NCBI RefSeq assembly: GCF_041248615.1
Contig: NZ_CP158426.1
Source: Escherichia coli
GTDB lineage: Bacteria > Pseudomonadota > Gammaproteobacteria > Enterobacterales > Enterobacteriaceae
Reading direction: 5' to 3' (one strand)
Length of the DNA: 64,000 nt
The position numbers were made by a program, and so were the translations under genes. Each line of letters opens with the position of its first letter. The first letter of the stretch is position 1. Below the pieces are notes generated by a model. The model was not told the origin of the DNA. It worked only from the letters and a program-made list of their open reading frames with translations, and did no database searches. This document shows, piece after piece, positions 15,578 through 24,543 of this stretch.

Positions 15578-17257
15578 ATGGCGGAAACAACTAAAGAGCG
15601 ATTGAACAAACAGTTCGCACAACTTGAAAGCGAGCGTCAGTCGTTCGAGCCGCACTGGCGCGAGTTGAGTGATTACATCAACCCACGTGGTTCCCGCTTT
15701 CTGACTTCTGAGGTCAACCGTAACGATCGACGCAATACACGCATTATTGATTCGACCGGGACTATGGCGGCGCGCACTCTCGCCAGCGGCATGATGTCAG
15801 GCATCACAAGCCCCGCGCGTCCGTGGTTTCGCCTGGCTACGCCAGATCCTGAAATGATGGATTATGGCCCTGTTAAGTTGTGGCTTGAGGCAGTTCAGAA
15901 CCGCATGAACGATATGTTCAATAAGTCGAATCTCTACCAGTCTCTTCCGCAGTTATACGGAAGCCTCGGCACATACAGCACTGGTGCAATGGCAGTGCTG
16001 GAGGATGACGAGGACATCATTCGCACAATGCCATTCCCGATAGGCAGTTACTACCTGGCTAACTCACCTCGTGGCAGTGTTGACACCTGTTTTCGCAAGT
16101 TCTCTATGACTGTTCGTCAGCTTGTTCAGGAGTTCGGGCTAAATAACGTCAGCGAATCCGTAAAAAGCATGTGGGAAAGCGGCACCTACGAGAAGTGGAT
16201 CGAAGTGATGCATTCGGTTTACCCGAACATTGACCGCGATACATCGAAGCTGGATAGCAAGAACAAGCCATTCAAATCGGTTTATTACGAGGTTGGTGGA
16301 GATAACGACAAGTTGTTGCGTGAGTCCGGATTCGATGAGTTTCCAATTATGGCTCCGCGCTGGGAAGTTAACGGCGAAGATGTTTATGGATCATCATGCC
16401 CGGGTATGCTGGCGCTTGGACCTGTTAAGGCATTGCAGCTTCTCCAGAAGCGCAAGTCGCAGTTGATTGATAAAGCCACCAATCCGCCGATGGTTGCTCC
16501 GACTTCCCTCAAGAATCAGCGCGCCTCCCTTCTTCCTGGCGACATCACGTATATCGATCAGATTACTGGTCAGGATGGCTTCAGGCCTGCTTATCTGGTT
16601 AACCCCAGTACAGCAGATTTGGTGGCAGACATTCAGGACACTCGTCAAATCATTAACAGCGCCTACTTTGTCGATCTGTTCATGATGTTGCAGAACATCA
16701 ATACCCGCTCGATGCCTGTTGAAGCGGTGATCGAAATGAAAGAAGAAAAACTTCTGATGTTGGGGCCGGTTCTGGAGCGTCTGAACGACGAATGTCTTAA
16801 TCCTCTCATTGACCGCGCTTTCTCGATGATGGTGCGCAAAAACATGCTGCCGCCACCGCCTGACGCGATGGAAGGCATGCCCCTGAAGGTCGAATACATT
16901 TCCGTCATGGCTCAGGCGCAGAAGTCTATCGGCCTGTCCAGTCTGGCGTCCACGGTTAACTTCATTGGTCAACTTGCGCAAGCGAAACCAGAAGCTCTCG
17001 ACAAACTCAACGTTGATCAGGCGATCGATGCATTCGCTGATATGTCCGGAGTGTCTCCAACCGTCATTGTTCCGCAGGAACAGGTTGAGCAGGCTCGCCA
17101 GCAACGGGCACAGCAACAACAGCAGCAACAAATGATGGCGATGGGGATGGCGGCGGCACAGGGGGCCAAGACGCTAAGCGAAGCTAAAACTTCGGATCCG
17201 AGTGTGTTGTCAGCTATGGCGAATGCAGTTAGTGGTCAGGGTGGGCAATCACAATGA
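15578..17257 (+). CDS. Portal (head-to-tail connector) protein, podovirus type
   Basis: 559 aa, position after terL, C-terminal Q-rich tail; resembles T7 gp8-type connector by recollection. Confidence 0.75.
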   Translation: MAETTKERLNKQFAQLESERQSFEPHWRELSDYINPRGSRFLTSEVNRNDRRNTRIIDSTGTMAARTLASGMMSGITSPARPWFRLATPDPEMMDYGPVKLWLEAVQNRMNDMFNKSNLYQSLPQLYGSLGTYSTGAMAVLEDDEDIIRTMPFPIGSYYLANSPRGSVDTCFRKFSMTVRQLVQEFGLNNVSESVKSMWESGTYEKWIEVMHSVYPNIDRDTSKLDSKNKPFKSVYYEVGGDNDKLLRESGFDEFPIMAPRWEVNGEDVYGSSCPGMLALGPVKALQLLQKRKSQLIDKATNPPMVAPTSLKNQRASLLPGDITYIDQITGQDGFRPAYLVNPSTADLVADIQDTRQIINSAYFVDLFMMLQNINTRSMPVEAVIEMKEEKLLMLGPVLERLNDECLNPLIDRAFSMMVRKNMLPPPPDAMEGMPLKVEYISVMAQAQKSIGLSSLASTVNFIGQLAQAKPEALDKLNVDQAIDAFADMSGVSPTVIVPQEQVEQARQQRAQQQQQQQMMAMGMAAAQGAKTLSEAKTSDPSVLSAMANAVSGQGGQSQ

Positions 17258-17550
17258 CAGATTACGAAGACGATCAACTGAAAGAAGAAAACGCCCGTAA
17301 GCAACGTGACATGGCGCAGCGTGAAATTGATGACATTCGCTTTGTCATGAGCAGTGAACAGGGGCGTCGCGTTGTCTGGTCGGTGCTGGAGAAAGGCCGT
17401 GTGTTTTCCGCTATCTCACCGATGGACGCTATGGCAATGGCATTTAATGAGGGGCAACGCAATCTGGCGCTGGAACTGTTTCAGCGCGTTATGGCGCATT
17501 GCCCTGAACAGTATTTGAAGATGGCCAAAGAGGCCAGTGAACAGGAGTGA
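17254..17550 (+). CDS. Hypothetical head-module protein
   Basis: 98 aa, overlaps portal stop. Confidence 0.45.
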   Translation: MTDYEDDQLKEENARKQRDMAQREIDDIRFVMSSEQGRRVVWSVLEKGRVFSAISPMDAMAMAFNEGQRNLALELFQRVMAHCPEQYLKMAKEASEQE

Positions 17551-18248
17551 TCATGAATTTATTTGAGCGTTTGCTGTATCGCCGTCTTTGCAATGAGCAA
17601 CCAGTCGATGGTGGAGCAGCTCCGGCTGCGTCAGAACCGTCAGCGCCTGCAGGTGATAACCATGCTCCAGTTGGTGATCCATCACAACCGGAAGGTGATA
17701 AGTCACAACCTGTTGCTGATGGCGATAAACCTGCTGATGACAAAAATCCTGAAAACGATAAGCAGGATGAAAAAAAGGACGGCGATAAACCAGAGGGTGC
17801 GCCTGAGAAGTACGAGTTTCAGGCTGCCGAAGGCGTAGAGCTGGATACAGAAGCGTTGAAGGAATTCGAGCCGGTGGCGCGAGAACTAAACCTGACCAAC
17901 GAGCAAGCGCAAAAGCTGGTTGATGCTTATCCGAAGATTCTGGCAGGTGTTCAGCAGCGCCAGGTAGAAGCCTGGCAGAAAACAACCGAGCAGTGGGCTG
18001 CGGATGTAAAAGCTGACAAAGAAATCGGTGGCGACAAGTTGATTTCTAACCTTAGCGCCGCACAGCGTGCGCTTGACCAGTTCGGGACACCTGAACTCAA
18101 AGAATATCTGAACACCACCGGGCTGGGTAATCACCCTGATCTGGTCAAAACGTTCGTGAAAATCGGAAAGGCGATGTCTGAAGATGGCATGGTCACCGGT
18201 GGTAATGAAGGCCAGCGTAGTGCGGCCGAAGTGCTCTATGGCAAATAA
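17547..18248 (+). CDS. Scaffolding protein (putative)
   Basis: 233 aa, acidic low-complexity N-terminus, helical C-terminus, located between portal and capsid genes. Confidence 0.55.
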   Translation: MIMNLFERLLYRRLCNEQPVDGGAAPAASEPSAPAGDNHAPVGDPSQPEGDKSQPVADGDKPADDKNPENDKQDEKKDGDKPEGAPEKYEFQAAEGVELDTEALKEFEPVARELNLTNEQAQKLVDAYPKILAGVQQRQVEAWQKTTEQWAADVKADKEIGGDKLISNLSAAQRALDQFGTPELKEYLNTTGLGNHPDLVKTFVKIGKAMSEDGMVTGGNEGQRSAAEVLYGK

Positions 18249-18256
18249 GAGAGGAA

Positions 18257-19249
18257 ATGACAATGGCTGTTAAAGGCTTAACTGCGCTAACGCTGGCTGA
18301 CTGGGGTAAGCGCGTCGATCCAAACGGGAAAGTCGATAAGATTATCGAGCTTCTCGGTCAAACTAACCCGATCCTTCAGGATATGCCTTTTGTCGAAGGG
18401 AACCTTCCTACCGGACACCGAACCACCATTCGTTCTGGTTTACCTTCAGCTACCTGGCGTTTGCTGAACTATGGCGTACAGCCAAGCAAATCAACCACAG
18501 TGCAGGTAACCGATTCCGTTGGCATGCTGGAAACCTATGCGGAAGTCGATAAGTCACTGGCTGATCTGAACGGCAATACCGCCGAATTCCGCCTGTCTGA
18601 AGACCGCGCATTTATTGAAGCGATGAATCAGCAGATGGCGCAGACGCTGTTTTATGGTGATTCCAGCGTTAACCCTCAGCAGTTTATGGGACTGTCCTCC
18701 CGCTATTCCAGCCTGTCTGCGGGTAATGCTCAGAATATCATTGATGCTGGTGGCACGGGTACAGATAACACCTCAATCTGGTTAGTGGTGTGGGGCGAAA
18801 ACACCGTGCATGGCATCTTCCCGAAAGGGCAGAAGGCTGGCATCCAGATGGAAGATAAAGGCCAGGTGACACTGGAAGATGCTAATGGCGGCAAGTACGA
18901 AGGCTATCGCACCCATTACAAATGGGATAACGGACTTGCTCTGCGTGACTGGCGTTATGTTGTTCGCATTGCAAACATCGATGTCAGCAATCTTTCAGAA
19001 CCATCCTCTGCCGCAAATATTGCGAAGTTGATGGTTAAAGCACTACATCGCATTCCAAACCGTGGCATGGGCCGCCCGGTGTTCTACATGAACCGCACTG
19101 TAGGCCAGGCTCTTGATCTGCAGTCTCTGGAGAAAACATCTCTGGCTATCAGCGTAAAAGAGACAGAAGGCGAGTGGTGGACTTCATTCCGTGGTGTACC
19201 AATCCGTGAAACTGATGCGCTTCTGGAAACAGAAGCCCGCGTGGTGTAA
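18257..19249 (+). CDS. Major capsid protein
   Basis: 330 aa; position after scaffold; followed by hairpin GTGGGTC/GACCCAC (19266-19285). Confidence 0.7.
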   Translation: MTMAVKGLTALTLADWGKRVDPNGKVDKIIELLGQTNPILQDMPFVEGNLPTGHRTTIRSGLPSATWRLLNYGVQPSKSTTVQVTDSVGMLETYAEVDKSLADLNGNTAEFRLSEDRAFIEAMNQQMAQTLFYGDSSVNPQQFMGLSSRYSSLSAGNAQNIIDAGGTGTDNTSIWLVVWGENTVHGIFPKGQKAGIQMEDKGQVTLEDANGGKYEGYRTHYKWDNGLALRDWRYVVRIANIDVSNLSEPSSAANIAKLMVKALHRIPNRGMGRPVFYMNRTVGQALDLQSLEKTSLAISVKETEGEWWTSFRGVPIRETDALLETEARVV

Positions 19250-19300
19250 CGCCTGTTATTAACCTGTGGGTCGTAACAGACCCACTAATGGAGAAAGAAG

Positions 19301-19738
19301 ATGATCACCGACAAACTGTTGATGTTCTCCGAAGCTCAGGCGGTTACGAATACCGCGGCTTCTACTGACGTAATCGATCTCGGTCCAATTGACGGAAAAC
19401 GTCGTGATATCGGCGTGGGTTACCCGCTTGAGTTTTGGGTGCTGGTTAACGCAGCCGCCGCAGCAAGCGGTGATGCAACTGTAAACATCCAGTTGCAGAC
19501 GAGTGAGAATAACACCTCATGGACCACTATTTATGATAGTGGCGCACTGGTAAAGACCGCCCTGACAGCAGGTAAACGAGTTGTTTCTGCAAAGGTGCCT
19601 GCCGGTGTTCAGCGATATCTGCGTGTTAACTACTCCGTCGCAACTGGCCCACTAACGGCCGGCAAATTCACTGCGGGTATCAGTCTGGATGCTGATGCCA
19701 ATACGCCGTACCCGATCCGCTCAAAAGTAACTGGTTAA
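19301..19738 (+). CDS. Putative capsid decoration / minor structural protein
   Basis: 145 aa, directly after major capsid gene. Confidence 0.4.
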   Translation: MITDKLLMFSEAQAVTNTAASTDVIDLGPIDGKRRDIGVGYPLEFWVLVNAAAAASGDATVNIQLQTSENNTSWTTIYDSGALVKTALTAGKRVVSAKVPAGVQRYLRVNYSVATGPLTAGKFTAGISLDADANTPYPIRSKVTG

Positions 19739-19739
19739 G

Positions 19740-20084
19740 GTGATATCGATGTCAGGTGAGAAACCAAGATACCGCGTTCTGCGCCTCTCTCATATCCATA
19801 ACACACTGTGGCCGGAGGGGGCAGAAATCGAATACGAAGGTGAGCCTGGTAGCGCACTGGAACCTGTTAACGATGCAGCCAGACAGGCAAAAGCAAAAGT
19901 TGCAGGAAAGGTGTCTATGGCAGCAACCAGCATCAAAATCATCAACGATGTGTCAGATGATGGTGAACTGGATAAGCTCCGTGAAGAGTACGAATTGCTC
20001 TTTAACGAGAAGCCACACCATAACGCCAAAGCAGAAACGCTCCGCGAGAAGATCGCAGATAAGCGTAAAGAACTGGGCGTGTAA
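19740..20084 (+). CDS. Hypothetical structural-module protein
   Basis: 114 aa ORF followed by terminator. Confidence 0.4.
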   Translation: MISMSGEKPRYRVLRLSHIHNTLWPEGAEIEYEGEPGSALEPVNDAARQAKAKVAGKVSMAATSIKIINDVSDDGELDKLREEYELLFNEKPHHNAKAETLREKIADKRKELGV

Positions 20085-20100
20085 GCCTCGCGAATCAGAC

Positions 20101-20122
20101 AAGGGGCTTCGGCCCCTTTATT
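20101..20122 (+). terminator. Rho-independent terminator inside structural module
   Basis: Stem AAGGGGC/GCCCCTT, loop TTCG, followed by TTTATT. Confidence 0.65.
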
Positions 20123-20134
20123 GCAGGAGTGTAT

Positions 20135-20458
20135 ATGGAACTCGTAAACCTCAAAACCGGCACTGACAGCTACCAGGATGAGAGCGGAGAAACCAGAACT
20201 CGCGATGAATACCCGTGGGGGCTGTGCATCACGCTGAATAACGACACATTGAATAAGCTGAAGGCGCAACCTAAGGGCGTCGGAACAGAAGTGATGATAA
20301 CTGCAAAGGCTGTTATTCGAGGCCTGTCTGCCAGAGAAACTGACGATGGTGTTAATCGCAGCGCCGATCTGCAGATCACTGATATGGCGATCGCTACTGT
20401 TTCCGGGGATGTAGAAAAATCAGCGGCTGAAACTCTGTACGGCAATGGGGGTGAGTAA
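20135..20458 (+). CDS. Hypothetical structural-module protein
   Basis: ATG 20135 with SD AGGAG 5 nt upstream (track start 20129 is GTG). Confidence 0.4.
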   Translation: MELVNLKTGTDSYQDESGETRTRDEYPWGLCITLNNDTLNKLKAQPKGVGTEVMITAKAVIRGLSARETDDGVNRSADLQITDMAIATVSGDVEKSAAETLYGNGGE

Positions 20459-21063
20459 TGGCCTCTGTAGTAGAGATCTGCAATCGTGCGCTGTCCAATA
20501 TTGGCAATAGCCGTAGCATTAACAGCCTGACGGAAGCCAGCAAGGAAGCGGGGGAATGTTCGCTGCACTTTGAGGCCTGCCGTGATGCTGTGCTTTCTGA
20601 TTTTGACTGGAACTTTGCTACCAAACGCGTGGCGCTTGCAGATACGAACAATCCGCCGCCAGACTGGGAATACGCATACCAGTACCCGTCCGATTGTCTG
20701 CGCATTACTGAAATTATGCTTCCTGGTGTACGCAATCCAACAGCAGCAATGCGCGTTCAGTACGAAGTTGGTGCAGACACCAACGGAACAGGAAAGTTGA
20801 TCTACACAGACCAGCCGCAGGCATGGCTCAAGTATGTATCTCGCGTTTCAGATGTGAACATGTTTGATGCCATTTTTATGGAGGCGTTGGCCTGGCGTCT
20901 TGCGGCAGCTATTAACATGGCGCTGACTGGGAATGCAGACCTCGGTACGTTTGCCCTCAATATGTACAATCGCGTGATTCTTAGTGCTGGCTCGCATAGC
21001 CAGAATGAATCACAGGAACCACAGCCACCGGTTGATGAGTTTACCATTGCGAGGTTGTCCTGA
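20458..21063 (+). CDS. Putative tail tubular protein A / adaptor
   Basis: 201 aa, position equivalent to T7 gp11 ahead of large tubular protein; weak sequence resemblance only. Confidence 0.4.
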   Translation: MASVVEICNRALSNIGNSRSINSLTEASKEAGECSLHFEACRDAVLSDFDWNFATKRVALADTNNPPPDWEYAYQYPSDCLRITEIMLPGVRNPTAAMRVQYEVGADTNGTGKLIYTDQPQAWLKYVSRVSDVNMFDAIFMEALAWRLAAAINMALTGNADLGTFALNMYNRVILSAGSHSQNESQEPQPPVDEFTIARLS

Positions 21064-23534
21064 TGGCTATCAGTTGGATCCAGCCCAGCTTTGCCGGTGG
21101 TGAGATTGGACCGTCTTTGTACGGTCGTATCGACATGGCGAAGTACCAGGTGGCATTGCGCAAGTGCGATAACTTTATCGTGCGGCAGTATGGCGGCGTT
21201 GAGAATCGACCTGGTACGCGTTTTGTCGGTGCCGCCAAATACCCAAATCGGAAATGCCGCCTGATCCCGTTCCAGTTCTCGACGGTTCAGACCTATGCTC
21301 TGGAGTTCGGACACCAGTACATGCGCGTTATCAAAGATGGTGCGTTGGTGCTGAACAGCAGCAATGTTATTTATGAAATTGCCACGCCATATACTGAAGC
21401 CGATCTGTTCCGAATTAAATTCACGCAAAGCGCCGACGTGCTTACGCTGGTTCACCCGGCATACCCGCCGAAAGAGTTGCGCCGATATGCTCATGACAAC
21501 TGGCAACTGGTTGATGTGGTAACGAAGAACGGGCCATTTGAAGATATCAATATTGACGAGTCAGTGACGGTTTATGCCAGCGCCAGCACCGGGACAATTA
21601 CGTTAACGGCAAGCGCCTCTATTTTTGGCGCGGAGCAGGTAGGCAAATTGTTCTATCTGGAACAGCCTGCAGTGGATTCAGTGCCGGTATGGGAAACCAG
21701 TAAGAGTACGTCGATTGGCGATATTCGCCGTGCAGACAGTAACTACTATCGCGCCGTTACAGCAGGCAAAACAGGTACTTTGCGCCCTTCGCATACAGAA
21801 GGCACATCATGGGATGGCTGGGGCGGATCCGGTGATGATGATACTGGCATTGAGTGGGAGTATCTGCACAGTGGTTTTGGCATTGCCCGTATAACTGCTG
21901 TAAATGGCACTACTGCAACTGCTGAGGTGATTTCCTATATCCCTTCGCAGGTCGTTGGCGAGGATAATGCCAGCTATAAATGGGCTAAATATGCCTGGAA
22001 CAGTGTTAACGGTTATCCTGGCACGGTTGTTTATTATCAACAACGTCTTTACTTCGCCGCATCGACAGCGTTCCCTCAGACTATCTGGGCCAGCCGTACT
22101 GGGGATTATAAGGATTTTGGCAAAAGCAATCCTACGCAGGATGACGACAGAATTATCTACACCTATGCCGGGCGTCAGGTTAATGAGATCCGCCACCTGA
22201 TTGATGTCGGTTCGCTGGTGGCACTGACTTCCGGAGGTGAGTACGTCATCACCGGCGACCAGAACAAAGTGTTAACCCCATCATCATTTGCATTCAGCTC
22301 TCAGGGATCAAATGGCTCAAGCAACGTCCCACCAATTGCCGTGGCGAATATTGCTCTGTTCGTCCAGGAGAAAGGCAGTGTTGTCCGTGATCTAGCCTAC
22401 TCATTCGATGTTGACGGCTATCAGGGGAACGACCTGACCATCCTTGCCAATCATCTTTTTCAGAAGCACAGCATTGTTGACTGGTGCTTCTCTATTGTCC
22501 CTTACTCCAGCGCCTTCTGCATTCGTGATGACGGTAAATTACTGGTGATGACCTATTTGCGTGATCAGCAGGTTTTTGCATGGGCACCACAATCCAGTAC
22601 CGGAAAATATGAAAGTACATGCAGTATCAGCGAAGGCAATGAAGATGCGGTGTATTTCGTCGTTAACCGAACCGTTAACGGGCAAAGAGTGAGATACATC
22701 GAGCGACTGTCCAGCCGTTTATTTACCAGCGATGAAGATGCTTTCTTTGTTGATTCTGGCCTTAGCTATGATGGAAGAAATACGTCTGACAGAACGATGA
22801 TCATCACTGGTGGTTCTGGCGAATGGGATTACCGCGCGGAATATACAATCAGTGTTTCTGGTGGTGCGTACTTCACCAGTAGTGATGTTGGTGCGCAACT
22901 ACAGTTCCCTTATACCGGAGCTGGTCCTGATACTGGCTATGAAGTGTCAAAAGAATTACGTTGCGACATTATTTCTGTAACCAGCAATACCGCAGTAGTG
23001 GTTCGTGCTAACAGGAACGTCCCGCCATCCCTCAGGAATGTGGCCACCACGAACTGGCAGATGGCGCGCCGGACATTTGGCGGCTTGTCTCATCTTGAAG
23101 GCCAGACCGTAAACATCCTCTCTGATGCGAACGTGGAACCACAAAAAGTGGTTTCCGGAGGTGCCGTCACGCTGGAATCACCGGGGGCTGTTGTGCACAT
23201 CGGCCTGCCAATAACTGCTGAATTCGAAACACTGGATATCAACATTAACGGACAGGAAACGCTGCTGGACAAAAAACAGGTGATCCCGTCCGTTACTCTG
23301 GTTGTGAATGCCAGTCGCGGCATCTGGGCGACTACGCCCGGCGGTAAATGGTACGAATATCCACAGCGTGAATTCGAGTTCTACGATGATCCTGTTGATG
23401 ATGCTACCGGAAAAGTAGAAGTGAAACTGGACAGTAACTGGGGCAAAAACGGGCGTGTAAAAATCCGTCAGCTTGACCCGTTGCCGCTGTCTGTTCTTGC
23501 CGTTATTCCTCGCCTTACTGTTGGGGGATTCTGA
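21063..23534 (+). CDS. Putative tail tubular protein B (nozzle)
   Basis: 823 aa, N-terminus ...SFAGGEIGPS... and gene order resemble T7 gp12-type proteins. Confidence 0.5.
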   Translation: MAISWIQPSFAGGEIGPSLYGRIDMAKYQVALRKCDNFIVRQYGGVENRPGTRFVGAAKYPNRKCRLIPFQFSTVQTYALEFGHQYMRVIKDGALVLNSSNVIYEIATPYTEADLFRIKFTQSADVLTLVHPAYPPKELRRYAHDNWQLVDVVTKNGPFEDINIDESVTVYASASTGTITLTASASIFGAEQVGKLFYLEQPAVDSVPVWETSKSTSIGDIRRADSNYYRAVTAGKTGTLRPSHTEGTSWDGWGGSGDDDTGIEWEYLHSGFGIARITAVNGTTATAEVISYIPSQVVGEDNASYKWAKYAWNSVNGYPGTVVYYQQRLYFAASTAFPQTIWASRTGDYKDFGKSNPTQDDDRIIYTYAGRQVNEIRHLIDVGSLVALTSGGEYVITGDQNKVLTPSSFAFSSQGSNGSSNVPPIAVANIALFVQEKGSVVRDLAYSFDVDGYQGNDLTILANHLFQKHSIVDWCFSIVPYSSAFCIRDDGKLLVMTYLRDQQVFAWAPQSSTGKYESTCSISEGNEDAVYFVVNRTVNGQRVRYIERLSSRLFTSDEDAFFVDSGLSYDGRNTSDRTMIITGGSGEWDYRAEYTISVSGGAYFTSSDVGAQLQFPYTGAGPDTGYEVSKELRCDIISVTSNTAVVVRANRNVPPSLRNVATTNWQMARRTFGGLSHLEGQTVNILSDANVEPQKVVSGGAVTLESPGAVVHIGLPITAEFETLDININGQETLLDKKQVIPSVTLVVNASRGIWATTPGGKWYEYPQREFEFYDDPVDDATGKVEVKLDSNWGKNGRVKIRQLDPLPLSVLAVIPRLTVGGF

Positions 23535-23998
23535 TGATCGATGTTCAAATTATTCCCGCTACCGAAGAGCATCTTCAGATGATTTTGCCGGATGTTCGTC
23601 AGGCTGATATTGACGAACTGTATGCGGTATCGCTGATGACTACCGAAGATGCGCTGCGCGTTGGTCTTCGCACTGCGACTATGGCCTGGTCAGGGTTCGC
23701 GAACGGAGAACTGGTAACCATGTTTGGTGTATCTCCGGCGTCAATGATCGGTGGCAATGGTACGCCCTGGCTGGTAGGAACCAGCCGTATTGAAAAATAT
23801 CAGAAGACATTTCTGCGCCACTGCCGCCCTGTATTGCAGCAGATGCTGGCAGTTTATCCGCGCCTGGAAAACTACGTCGACGAGCGAAACCATGTTGCCA
23901 AAGCATGGCTGCACTGGCTTGGATTCAGGCTTGAAGAAGCCGCGCCTTATGGTGCTCTTGGTCTTAATTTCCACAGATTTCACATGGAGAGAAAATAA
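23534..23998 (+). CDS. Hypothetical virion protein
   Basis: 154 aa, overlapping start/stop with neighbours. Confidence 0.4.
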   Translation: MIDVQIIPATEEHLQMILPDVRQADIDELYAVSLMTTEDALRVGLRTATMAWSGFANGELVTMFGVSPASMIGGNGTPWLVGTSRIEKYQKTFLRHCRPVLQQMLAVYPRLENYVDERNHVAKAWLHWLGFRLEEAAPYGALGLNFHRFHMERK

Positions 23999-24543
23999 TG
24001 TGCGATCCGGTTATTGCTGGTGGCGCAATGCTCGCCATGAGTGGCATTCAGGCATACACCCAGTACCAACAGGGAAAGTATGCCTCGAAGGTTGCAGAAG
24101 CGAACGCAGATATAGCCACAGCTCAGGCAAATGATGCAATAAACAGAGGTAACGCTGAAGCTGAGCAACGGCGCAGAGAGACCCGGCAGCGGCTTGGTAC
24201 TCAAGCGGCGACAATGGGGGCGACCGGCGCCGATTTATCTACCGGTAACGCGCTGGATATATTTGGCGACACTGCCCAGTTTGGCGCTCTTGATTCGCTG
24301 ACGACGGTGAATAACGCGCAACGCGAGGCTTACGGTTATCAGGTTCAGGCTGCCAACTATAAAGCAGAAGCCAGTTCAGCCCGTAAACAGGGGAATGTGG
24401 GAGCAGCAACAACATTGCTCACTGCGCCTCTGAAGGCATACGGTGCGTACCAGATGTTTGGTGGGACGTGGAGTCCGTTTACTCAAAGCACTCCTGCGCC
24501 AATCGGGGCAGCAGCAGGAACCAGATTACCCGGAGGATTATAA
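23998..24543 (+). CDS. Putative internal virion protein (small, Ala/Gln-rich)
   Basis: 181 aa, N-terminal hydrophobic segment; position like T7 gp14. Confidence 0.45.
   Translation: MCDPVIAGGAMLAMSGIQAYTQYQQGKYASKVAEANADIATAQANDAINRGNAEAEQRRRETRQRLGTQAATMGATGADLSTGNALDIFGDTAQFGALDSLTTVNNAQREAYGYQVQAANYKAEASSARKQGNVGAATTLLTAPLKAYGAYQMFGGTWSPFTQSTPAPIGAAAGTRLPGGL

Noticed and set aside
16394-17131. 245-aa minus-strand ORF inside the portal gene
   Set aside because: Antisense to the portal coding frame; GC-rich frame artefact
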